Below are positions 29,581-38,800 of a DNA stretch of 64,000 nucleotides, one piece after another. Origin of the DNA: Ostreococcus lucimarinus (lineage: Eukaryota); NCBI GenBank assembly GCA_000092065.1, contig CP000588.1; one strand, written 5' to 3'. A program made the position numbers and the translations under genes. Under the pieces are notes generated by a model that was given only the letters and a program-made list of their open reading frames with translations, was not told where the DNA came from and did no database searches. Each line of letters opens with the position of its first letter. The first letter of the stretch is position 1.

Positions 29581-29618
<38 letters not shown>

Positions 29619-29772
29619 GGTCGCGGCGTCGTCGCGGCTGTTTATCTGGATGCAACGCCGCCGCGAGCTTTCGGTACGCGCGCTTGATCTCGTCGGCCTC
29701 GGCGTCGCGCGCGACGCCGAGCGCGGCGTACAGATCGCGCGCGCTCGTCGACGCGTCGTCCGCGCGCGACAT
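27949..29772 (-). CDS. DNAJC11: DNAJC11-like J-domain protein (J domain plus DUF3395-type C-terminus)
   Basis: ATG at 29772 (MSRADDAST). J domain: [32 protein letters not shown] ... [26 protein letters not shown]-terminus: [12 protein letters not shown] ... [18 protein letters not shown] ... [21 protein letters not shown], typical of DNAJC11. Confidence 0.75.
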
Positions 29773-29853
29773 GGCGCGGCGCGCGCGACGGAGTGACGAG
29801 ATTGGAATCCGAACGCGAATCCACAGACGGCGACGCGCGCGAACGACGGCGCG
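29773..29853. promoter_or_regulatory. 81-bp ATG-to-ATG spacer (DNAJC11-like / ARP6-like); presumed bidirectional promoter
   Basis: Divergent start codons at 29772 (-) and 29854 (+). Confidence 0.45.
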
Positions 29854-31455
29854 ATGGCGCCGAAGCGCGGCGCGCGCGACGGCGCGCGCGCGCCCTCGAC
29901 CGCGGCGGATCGACCGGCGGCGTCGAGCCTGCGCGGGGACGTCACGGTGGTCGTCGACCTCGGAGGGTCGAGCCTGAAACTGTGCGTCGCCGAGGACGGC
30001 GCGACGGCGACGCGAAGCGCGCCGAACGCGAGCGCGCGCGTCAAGGCGAGCGATGGCGCCGGGTTCGTGACGCTGCGGGGCGAGGAGATCGATGGGGTGG
30101 TGGACGTGAACGGATTGGCGCTGCGACGGCCGTGCGACCGCGGGTACGTCGTGCACTGGGAGCAACAGCGGGAGATATTAGACGACGCGCTGCGGCGAAC
30201 GCTCGGCGTGGATCCGACGCGGTGCGATTTGATCATCACCGAACCGCCGTTCGCGCTGCCGCGCACGCGAGAGGCGCTGGATGAGATGGTGTTTGAATAT
30301 TTTGGGTTTCGGCGGGCGTTGGTGACGACGCCGGCGAAACTGACGAAACGATTCGCCGATTTCGTGGACGCGAAGAAACGAGACGCGAAGGATTTGTGCG
30401 TCGTCGCGCGATCTGGGGTGGTTTTGGATTGTGGGTTTTCTTTCGCGCACGCGACGGCGTTTGTGGATGGGACCGAGGTGCCGCGCGGGATCAAGCGGTT
30501 GAACCTCGGGGGAAAGGCGTTGACGAATTATTTAAAAGAACTCGTTAGCTTTCGACAATGGAACATGATGGACGAAAGCGCGGTGATCGAGGACGTGAAG
30601 GAAAAGATGTGCTACGTCGCCGACGATGCTTTGGCGGAATTGGAGAAGTGCAAGGCGAAGCGAGGTGGAACGGTGAAGCGCGAGTACGTATTGCCAGACG
30701 GAATACACGTCTTGCGAGGGTTCGTGCGCGAGGACAGCGCAAACGTGGACAAGAAGGATGGTTCAGACGACGACGAAGAATTATCGGAATCTGACGAAGA
30801 TGATGACGATTTCGGTGCTTCAGGGAGGACAAAGAAACGACCGAAGAAGAAGGTGCCGAAGGAAAAGAAAGTTAAAATTCCCAAAAAGGATGAACCAGAG
30901 CACCAATTCTTGACGCTCGTCAACGAGCGCTTCATGGTGCCGGAGGTGCTATTTCATCCGAGCGATATCGGCGGACGGCAGTGTGGGGTAGCGGAGTTAG
31001 TGACACAGGCAGTGGAAAACGAGGATTTGTCTAACGAAGCCATGCGAGCGCTCGCCTACCTCGACGTCATTGTCACTGGGGGGTGCTCAAAGTTTCCAAA
31101 CTTTATGGAACGCTTTGAGCGCGAATTACGGCCGCTGGTCTCGGAGTCGTACATGTTGCGCATCCGGCAAATGGATGATCCAATTCAAGCGGCTTGCTTA
31201 GGCGGCGTCGATATCGCGAAGGATCGGGAATTTTTCGAGAAACATGCGCTCACGAAGGAGGAGTACCTGGCGAACAAGACGAGTATTCGCGCCGCGCACG
31301 AGAGTTTGGAATTCGAGCCAAACGTTCGCACCGGGCGTTTGCGTGAATACGCCGCGACGCCGAACCTAAAAAAACTGGACAAGAAGCGCATCATCGAGGA
31401 TTGTGAAAAGCTGACGCCTAGTTTCGAGCGGGACATCATTCACGCGTCCGCGTGA
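29854..31455 (+). CDS. ARP6: Actin-related protein, ARP6-like (SWR1/H2A.Z exchange complex), with a charged insertion
   Basis: ATG at 29854. Actin-fold blocks: [95 protein letters not shown] parallels human ACTR6 [44 protein letters not shown]. A D/E/K-rich insert spans roughly residues 300-345. Confidence 0.6.
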   Translation: MAPKRGARDGARAPSTAADRPAASSLRGDVTVVVDLGGSSLKLCVAEDGATATRSAPNASARVKASDGAGFVTLRGEEIDGVVDVNGLALRRPCDRGYVVHWEQQREILDDALRRTLGVDPTRCDLIITEPPFALPRTREALDEMVFEYFGFRRALVTTPAKLTKRFADFVDAKKRDAKDLCVVARSGVVLDCGFSFAHATAFVDGTEVPRGIKRLNLGGKALTNYLKELVSFRQWNMMDESAVIEDVKEKMCYVADDALAELEKCKAKRGGTVKREYVLPDGIHVLRGFVREDSANVDKKDGSDDDEELSESDEDDDDFGASGRTKKRPKKKVPKEKKVKIPKKDEPEHQFLTLVNERFMVPEVLFHPSDIGGRQCGVAELVTQAVENEDLSNEAMRALAYLDVIVTGGCSKFPNFMERFERELRPLVSESYMLRIRQMDDPIQAACLGGVDIAKDREFFEKHALTKEEYLANKTSIRAAHESLEFEPNVRTGRLREYAATPNLKKLDKKRIIEDCEKLTPSFERDIIHASA

Positions 31456-31493
31456 TAATTTGTGTTCTACGTTTTAGCGATTGTCAATACTGT

Positions 31494-33659
31494 CTATCCT
31501 CTTAGTCCTACAGTGTCCTTTCTGTGCCCGCCGATCAAACAACAGCTGAGCCCGCAGCACCCCGATCGAGCTGACCATTGCTGACTGTGCGTGCAATCAT
31601 CGCGCCAGAGTTCACTGTACACGCGCTCCTGCTCCTCCTTCTTGATGCCAACGATGTCCATCCACGCCTTGTTGTGTTTGAACTCGTTGGCGAATTGAAA
31701 GAGATAGGGAACGGCAATCGGCACGAACAATTGGCCTTTGAGTTCGTCCCGAACGGTGTCGTCCATCGGCACATACAAATCCGAGTAAAATCTTCCTCGC
31801 ACGGAACTCGCCTTCCAGCTCGGCTTGTTGTGTTTCTCCGACTTCTCCGCGCGTTCCTGAAGAAGCTTAGATTTGGAATTGATGACGTCTACATCGCTGG
31901 TAGAAGTGGAATTCCCACTTCCAATCGCCGCCGTCGAGTTTGAGGACGACGATTCCTTGCCGCTATCATCATCATACTCAGACATGAGGTTGGCGTCGCC
32001 GTCCTCGTACTGTCCAGAGGCAGTGCTTTTCGTCTCCGTCTGGCCCATGACTCCCAAAACCTCTTCGATGTCTACTCCGCCTTCGACGCCCGTCTCATCC
32101 GTGTGCTCTTGCTTAACATCATCAAGTCTGTCGTCCACTTGCGTCAAGCTCGAAATCAACCCATCGATGTCGTTCCCGTCGAAGGCGGCTGATTCATCGT
32201 CGGCGAGCAATTTACGCGACTTGACGCTGTGGCGCACCGGGATGTTGTAGCGACGCTTCCACTTGTACGGCAGGGGCGGGATCTTACCCTTCTGCGCCAT
32301 CACGTCCAAACGCTTCACATGCGGCTCGAAGAACGCCAACAACTCCTCGGTGGCTTCCTTGTCTTCGCTAGTCTTTGCCAACTGCGGTTGCAAATCAAAC
32401 GCGATGGACGCTAGGTCGGTATCTTCCAGTGCTCCCAGGCCCGCGATTTCGTACGGGGTCAGGCTCGGGGGTAATCCGAGATACGTTTCCACCTCTTTGG
32501 CGACTTCCGTGGGGTTTTCCTCGATGTCGTCAGTGTAAATTACGAGCAAATTCGGGAACTCCTTCAACCACACTTCCAAATACTCGGCGTACATGCTCCA
32601 GCCCAAAACCGAATGAAAGTCCAAGCACTCTCGAGTGAGAGTACCACTATCGGCGCCGTCTGCCTCTTTCACGCATTGCTCCAAGTACTCTTTCGTCTTC
32701 TTCGCCGTCGCTCCCCAAGTGTAGCCGTTTTCCTTCAACGCGCACGCGCTCAATCCCGACGCCTCCACGGGCGTCCCGTGAGGGTGATTCTCCTCCACGT
32801 ATCGCGCCATCGCCCGTCCCACCGGGTCTCGCAGCACTACGATTGGCCGCAAATTTGGCATCAATCGCTTCATTGTCGACGCACAGCACGCGCAATTGAA
32901 ATACGTATCACTCCAGTCCCCGGTGACGACGTCCCCGAGCTCGCGTTCAAACGCCTCGCCGTCTCGCTTCGCTTTCATCGTCTCGCTCGGATCATACGGG
33001 CTCCACGTCTCCCCGTGTCCGGCTTGCACCGCGCTAAAATACGCCTTCAGCAATAACTCCGGCGGTTCGCACATCTGCACCCCTTGCGTGGCGCCGTACA
33101 CTGGATTAAAAAAATGCATCGTCTTTTGCCCAGTCGTCAACATGTCGTGCTGCGACATCAATCGCTTCAGTCGCCGCATCCCTCCCACGTGGCTCCCGAT
33201 CACCGCGAACGACGGCAGACACGTCTGTTCGCCCGTCAGCGCCGGATCTTTGCTACACCGCATCGGTCCCGCCGCGCCGACGCTCGCCGCGCGTCGCGCC
33301 GCCCATCGGCTCACGTGCTCAAACTTCCAAATTGGGTGTTCAACGAAATACGACCCCGCGTACAGCACCATCGCGCACGCCACGAGCGCGAGCGCGCCTG
33401 GAATCAAATGCCTCACATTTCTACGTCGTTCATCGTCGTTTTCGCGCCGCGGCGCCGCGACGGCGTCGACTACGGCGCCGAAACGTCCGCCAACACCATC
33501 GTCTTCGGGCCGTCGATCGCGACGGTCGTGCGCCGACGCGACCGAGCGATCGTCGCCGTCCGAGGTGCTGGCGACGAGATTGCTGCGCTCGCTCGCCGCG
33601 CGTCGCGCGTTCGCGGACTCGCGGGCGAGCGAGGCGGCGCGCGCCGCGCGGGACCACAT
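31494..33659 (-). CDS. Type-II membrane protein with a divergent sulfotransferase-like domain and an S/D-rich C-terminal half
   Basis: ATG at 33659. One N-terminal TM helix (LIPGALALVACAMVLYAGSYFV). FAVIGSHVGGMRRLKRLMSQHDML....TMHFFN aligns with the heparan-sulfate 3-OST-type 5'-PSB block [20 protein letters not shown]....EVHFFD as I recall it. IVVLRDPVGRAMARYVE aligns with the 3'-PB block LRDPxxRxxSxY. Confidence 0.45.
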   Translation of the reverse strand: MWSRAARAASLARESANARRAASERSNLVASTSDGDDRSVASAHDRRDRRPEDDGVGGRFGAVVDAVAAPRRENDDERRRNVRHLIPGALALVACAMVLYAGSYFVEHPIWKFEHVSRWAARRAASVGAAGPMRCSKDPALTGEQTCLPSFAVIGSHVGGMRRLKRLMSQHDMLTTGQKTMHFFNPVYGATQGVQMCEPPELLLKAYFSAVQAGHGETWSPYDPSETMKAKRDGEAFERELGDVVTGDWSDTYFNCACCASTMKRLMPNLRPIVVLRDPVGRAMARYVEENHPHGTPVEASGLSACALKENGYTWGATAKKTKEYLEQCVKEADGADSGTLTRECLDFHSVLGWSMYAEYLEVWLKEFPNLLVIYTDDIEENPTEVAKEVETYLGLPPSLTPYEIAGLGALEDTDLASIAFDLQPQLAKTSEDKEATEELLAFFEPHVKRLDVMAQKGKIPPLPYKWKRRYNIPVRHSVKSRKLLADDESAAFDGNDIDGLISSLTQVDDRLDDVKQEHTDETGVEGGVDIEEVLGVMGQTETKSTASGQYEDGDANLMSEYDDDSGKESSSSNSTAAIGSGNSTSTSDVDVINSKSKLLQERAEKSEKHNKPSWKASSVRGRFYSDLYVPMDDTVRDELKGQLFVPIAVPYLFQFANEFKHNKAWMDIVGIKKEEQERVYSELWRDDCTHSQQWSARSGCCGLSCCLIGGHRKDTVGLRG

Positions 33660-33742
33660 CGCGTCGTCCTCTGGCGAGGGTCAGTTTTCGTGTTCGCCTT
33701 CGACGGCGCGCCGAAGCCGCGGAACGCGCGATGGATTACAAG

Positions 33743-34714
33743 CTAACGACGCTCGGCTAAGGTGTCTAGAACGCGAGGAAATAAGGGTAAACACACGCCC
33801 AAACACTGCTTGGCCGCGTGCGGGGCGCCCGGGAGGTTGACGACGAGCGCGCCGGCGACGGCGACGCCGGCGACGGCGCGAGAGAGCGCCGCGCGCGGCT
33901 CGGCGATCGAAGTCACCGCGCGAATGGCTTCTGGAATGCCCGGGATCTCGCGCGCGAGCACGCGCGCGGTTGCTTCGGGGGTGACGTCGCGCGGCGCGCA
34001 CCCGGTACCACCGGTGGTGAGCACGAGGTCGCATCGAGACGTCAAGTCTCGAAGCGCGGCTTCGATGTCGTCGACGTCGTCGGCGACGACGACGCGCGAT
34101 GTCTCCGCGATGACCAACGCCCCAGACGCGGCGGCGTACTCACACACCGCGCGTTCAACTAACGGCCCGCTCTCGTCCGCGTACGTCCCCGCGGCGGCGC
34201 GGTCCGAACACGTCAACACGCCCACGCGCACGCTTCGCGCCGCTGCGCCGTCCCGAAGCGCGCACGCCGCCGCGACGGCGTCTCCGCCGCCACTCGACAG
34301 CTCTTCCGCGGGCGTGCAGCAAACCTCGCTCAACGCACCGCTCACACTCACGAACGGCGCGCGCGTGGCGCCCACCGCGTCGCGCGGCGTCGCCTCGAGC
34401 GCCTCCAACGCGTCGTGCTTCGCGTGCAACCGCCGTCCCGACTCAAACGCCGCCAACTGTTCCGCGCTCGCCTTTACCTGATGCTTCTTTTTCCAATCCC
34501 CGTACGGTTCGCCGTACACGTATTCACACGCTTCGTCGTACGTCATGGGATACCCCACCGTTCGCGCGCCGAGGAGCGTCCACTTGGCGCAGCAGTTTCG
34601 GCAAAAACCAGCGAGATTCATGAGGTCGATATTTTGCACGTCGTTTCGCGCGCGCATGTGCGCCAACAGGGCGCGAAAGGCGTGCGCTTCGATTTGAGTC
34701 TGTAATGACGTCAT
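33743..34714 (-). CDS. Fusion protein: N-terminal DUF1244-like domain plus C-terminal Mog/MoaB (molybdopterin adenylyltransferase, Cnx1-G-like) domain
   Basis: ATG at 34714 (MTSLQTQ). The track's extension to 34996 overlaps the next gene. DUF1244 signature: NIDLMNLAGFCRNCCAKW...YGDWKKKH (about nt 34439-34714). Mog signature: VGVLTCSDRAAAGTYADESGP ... DLVLTTGGTGCAPRDVTPEAT ... PGIPEAIR ... ALVVNLPGAPHAAKQCL (about nt 33755-34231). Confidence 0.75.
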   Translation of the reverse strand: MTSLQTQIEAHAFRALLAHMRARNDVQNIDLMNLAGFCRNCCAKWTLLGARTVGYPMTYDEACEYVYGEPYGDWKKKHQVKASAEQLAAFESGRRLHAKHDALEALEATPRDAVGATRAPFVSVSGALSEVCCTPAEELSSGGGDAVAAACALRDGAAARSVRVGVLTCSDRAAAGTYADESGPLVERAVCEYAAASGALVIAETSRVVVADDVDDIEAALRDLTSRCDLVLTTGGTGCAPRDVTPEATARVLAREIPGIPEAIRAVTSIAEPRAALSRAVAGVAVAGALVVNLPGAPHAAKQCLGVCLPLFPRVLDTLAERR

Positions 34715-34851
34715 TCGAGCGGCGATGCGCGCGCGCGCGAGGGAACGTGCGCGCGCGAGTGTGACGCCGGCGCCGAAGCGTCTGGCGTCGGGACGGCGGC
34801 GGAGGCGACGGCGACAACGCGTGGCGGTTAAATTACATCGGGCGGCGACGC

Positions 34852-35604
34852 TCAGCCCTCTGCGCCGTGAATCTGAAACGCGGCGTACTCTTTCCAGAGC
34901 GCCTCCATGTGCTTGATGTACGGCGCCGCCACATCGGGTTGGTTGCGAGCTATCAACACGTTGTCGTGATTGTCCAGCACGCCCGCCCGCGTCCAATTAA
35001 ACGAACCCGTGATGACCACGGGATCGTTCGTCTCACCGTCGATGATGGCAAATTTATGATGCATCATCCCGCGCTTATTCGGATCGTTCGAGTGCGCGTC
35101 GCATCGTACGTCTATTTTCCGCGCCTCGCTGAGCTCTCGAATATCCGAACCGAGCGAGTCCACGTTGTTCGCGTCCGTGACGATTCGCACCCTAATCCCA
35201 CGTTTCGCCGCGCGTTGAATCGCTCGCTTAATATCATCGCACGTAATCGTAAAGCACACCACGTCCAGCGTCGACGTCGCCTTGTCCAGCGTTCGTATGA
35301 ATTTCACCAGAGACGTCGTGTGGTGCGCCTTGTCGCAGTGCGCCTTCGCGCACCGATAATTCGCATCCAGCATGCTTCGACACGGCATGACGGCGTCGGG
35401 GAATATTAAGATTTCCGTGGACTGCGACGTGAAATGCGCGTGCGCCTCGTGTTCGGCCGCGCTTTCCCACGAGTTGGTCTCGGCGTTGAAGAAGGATTTT
35501 TTCGCTCTGGCGCCAACCGTCAACCGTCGCGTTCCGGTGCTCGACGTCGCGCGACGCGCGCGGCGCGGGGCGACGGGGCGCCCGAGCGGCACGGCGCGCG
35601 ACAT
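34852..35604 (-). CDS. Single-HKD phospholipase-D-superfamily protein, MitoPLD/PLD6 (Zucchini)-like, with presequence
   Basis: ATG at 35604. HKD motif: MMHHKFAIIDGETNDPVVITGSFNWTRAGVLDNHDNVLI. Upstream block TLDVVCFTITCDDIKRAIQRAAKRGIRVRIVTD is colinear with mouse MitoPLD as I recall it. A Cys/His cluster (CRSMLDANYRCAKAHCDKAHH) precedes the catalytic domain. Confidence 0.7.
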   Translation of the reverse strand: MSRAVPLGRPVAPRRARRATSSTGTRRLTVGARAKKSFFNAETNSWESAAEHEAHAHFTSQSTEILIFPDAVMPCRSMLDANYRCAKAHCDKAHHTTSLVKFIRTLDKATSTLDVVCFTITCDDIKRAIQRAAKRGIRVRIVTDANNVDSLGSDIRELSEARKIDVRCDAHSNDPNKRGMMHHKFAIIDGETNDPVVITGSFNWTRAGVLDNHDNVLIARNQPDVAAPYIKHMEALWKEYAAFQIHGAEG

Positions 35605-35671
35605 GCCGCGCGACGTCGCGATGGCGCGACTGCGTCTCGGGACGGATCGTTCGTGACGACGCGTCGGTTCT

Positions 35672-35725
35672 GGTCGGTCGGTCGGTCGGTCGGTCGAGCG
35701 GTCGAGCGGTCGAGCGGTCGAGCGG
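35672..35725. repeat. Compound microsatellite (GGTC)x6 followed by (GGTCGAGC)x4
   Basis: Read directly: tggtcggtcggtcggtcggtcggtcgagcggtcgagcggtcgagcggtcgagcggg. It lies in the 269-bp spacer between the PLD6-like start and the Patched-like stop. Confidence 0.9.
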
Positions 35726-35873
35726 GACAGTTACTCCTCCGTCGGCGGGCGGCGTTTTCGCTCTAACGAGAGACGGCGACGGCGCTCGATCGCGAGCGAT
35801 GAGATGTTTTCGTATGAAAAGGTGGGATTTGCGTCGATCGATGTGGGTGTGCCGGCCTCGGTCGACGTCTTCG

Positions 35874-38800
35874 TCATCGCGGCGGCGGCTGGACGTACGC
35901 CGGGCCGAGCGCGGCCAACACGACGGGCAACACGACGACGGCGTGGATGAAGCTCGCGGTGAGCGTGACGACGATGAAGGTTGCGAACTTTGTGAAGAAG
36001 ACGATGGTACATCCGAGCAAGCATGCCGCGGCGGCGATGGATGAGAACCAGCCGGCGGTGATGGCGCCTCCGACGATGCGGAGCGCCGAGAGTGAACGCT
36101 CGTCCTTTGTCATGGGTTGGTTATGCGTTGATACGTACGCGACAGCGATGTGGCTGATATAATCGATGCTGAGACCGACAATAATCTGCACGCACACGGA
36201 TTCGATGATGCCCAGACGCCATCCGCGAAGCGCCATGAAGGCGACAAAGTATACTACGACGGAGGCGATGCAAAACGTCGCTGCGGCGGCGATTTTGACG
36301 CTCAAGGTGCAAAGAAATAGAACCATAAACGCCAAAACTAACGAATATACGACGGTCAACGAAGCGGCTGATTTAAGTTCGTCAACCGTATCTGCGAGAA
36401 CCCACGTATCGCTTGATTGAAACGCGCCGCGCGTCTCCGGAGGCCCAGTCGAGATCTTTGCCGCAAACCACGTTTCCCAGAAATCGTGCGCTTTTCTGAT
36501 TTCATCAGCCGTAGACACCCTGCGCGCCGACGTCGGTACCGTGATTGCTGAGTATGCGACACAGAGATCATCGCCCAGGCGATATTTGTCGCAGTCGTCT
36601 CTATTTCGTATGAAGCGCAGTAAGCCGTACGTATTCACGTGATTGGCGAACGTTCGAACGGCGTAACGAAAGTCTTGTCGAGCGATGGGTAAACCGTCGA
36701 TGTGTGCACCGAGTAATCCTCCGTCTTTGAGCCATACATCAAGATCATATATCCAACAATTGACCGTCGTTGGAGACACGATGCGATCGCGCATCGATCT
36801 AAGCTCGGCACAGAATTCTAGCAACCATATCTGAGAGTCTTCGTCGGAAAAATCATACGACGCATTCGGCTCAACGAGCCACACTGGAACGCCAGAGTAC
36901 GACAGAGACTTATCAGATATAGCGGACACGCTCGAGCGCGCGGCATCGAGGCCGAATGTGAACTGGACGAGGACGCTTTCTTCGTAGCGAGACGAGTTAA
37001 AACTCTGCGCGGCGAGCGTGTAATCGTGGATAACGTGGCCTTTTGGCCACAGAGACAGTGACTCGTCGCCGGTTTGCTTCACGATGTTGAGCCCAAGAAG
37101 CACGGCGCCGACAATCATGGCAACAAATACCACATTAAGCGTCCACTTCCAATACACGAGGCGAGTAAACGTCGCAGCAAGTAAATCCCGGCGACGACGC
37201 GACGTCCTCCGAGGTGAGAGCGCTGGAGACGTCGATGCGGACGATGCTTCATCTATCAAAGGGCGTCCTTCGACGGCAAATGATGGACGTAGTGTTAACG
37301 CAACCGGATCTAATGGTGCGGATGCCATGCGCCTATGGATGACACGACTGAGAGTTTCAGGAAAGTCACCAAAATCGATTGTCGCTCTCCGTTGCGCAGA
37401 TCCACGACGAGCCACCACAGTCGGATTTACGTCGACTACTTCCTCTTGAGAAGGCATCACGCGGTTTCTCGAGACCGCGATGCGCTTCCACTTTTCATTC
37501 AAAATCAACACCGAAGATGTCACGACGATACTGACGAGTAGGAGAAAAATAATCTGCGTCGCCATAAATGTGCCAAATAGCCGAACGGGAGGAATGGAGC
37601 TCGGAATGCTGCTTGCAAAAGCCGCCGCCGTAGTGAAAGATGTGATACTTATACTAAATGCCGAGTGACGTAGGGTCCATTGCATGCGTTCTTCTAAAGT
37701 TGCGTCCAGGCTCTCTTTTTCCTCGACGTTGTTCGCGCTCGCCTGCCAATGATCGTAAATCACGAAGACGTCGTCGGCGCCGATGCCGATAGATAGGAAA
37801 ATTCCCGCAATATGAATTATGCCGAACCATTCTCGTCTGTACACTTCATAGTAAGTCGCATGCGTGAGAAGAGTCGCACCGATTATACTAATCATGCTGC
37901 AAATGGCGAGTGAGAGCGAGCGGGTGTGCAAAGCGATGAACGCCACCGTCACACACAGCGAGCCCACGGCGAATACGCAATCCTTCGCGAGACGATCATC
38001 CAGCATCGAGTTGTACGCATTAATGTGCCGCCAGGAAGCGAAGGTTCCCGTGGAAACAGATGAGACGTCAGAGTTGAAATGTTCGATGACGTGCCGAGCC
38101 ACATTCTTAACCCAAATCGTCGACTGATCACTGTATGAAAGCCGAAACACGATGGCCATCCTGCGCGGCTCGCCTCGCTCTTGCGCCATGTTTGGCAAGA
38201 AAGCATCGTTTAATAATATTCCGAACGGTGCCCCGAAAGCCTCGATTGCGTCCCACGAGCTGGACCAGCGTAAAATCACTTCTATCCCGAGCATTGTATC
38301 CCACACAGCAACCGCATCGATTTCACGGCACGCCACCGCGTCGAGGTTTTTATTCATCTTCGCGACGGCGATTATCTCCCCGACCGTAGGATCCACGTGC
38401 TCTATAAAATCGCAAATACCAATCTTAAACTCTCCGATCATGCATCGCGCGCTACTCGTGACGTCGCAAGGATATTCGTGACACGCGGCGACGGCGTCGC
38501 ACATCGATCGATGCGCCGCCTCGACGATCTCGCGCGTAAACATTCGATATCCGCATTGATCGCGAATAAAATCCAAGCGCGCCGATACTTCTGCAAACGT
38601 CCCTTGCCCAAGCTTCTGTGCGCCTTCGAAGACGTCCCATAAACCCACCAATCGATACATATTCTCGATGTCAAAAATACTAAACGCCGCCGCGCATCCG
38701 TCCCCGTATCGATCCTCCTCGCACGTGTCCTCGTAGCCCCACGCGTGCTCGATGTTATGCTTTAAAACGCACACTTGGCGAAGTGCGTTCGCGATATCAC

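Noticed and set aside
34715-34996. 94-codon upstream extension of the DUF1244-Mog ORF
   Set aside because: It overlaps the 3' end of the PLD6-like CDS (34852-35604) on the same strand in another frame. The DUF1244 homology starts immediately at ATG 34714.
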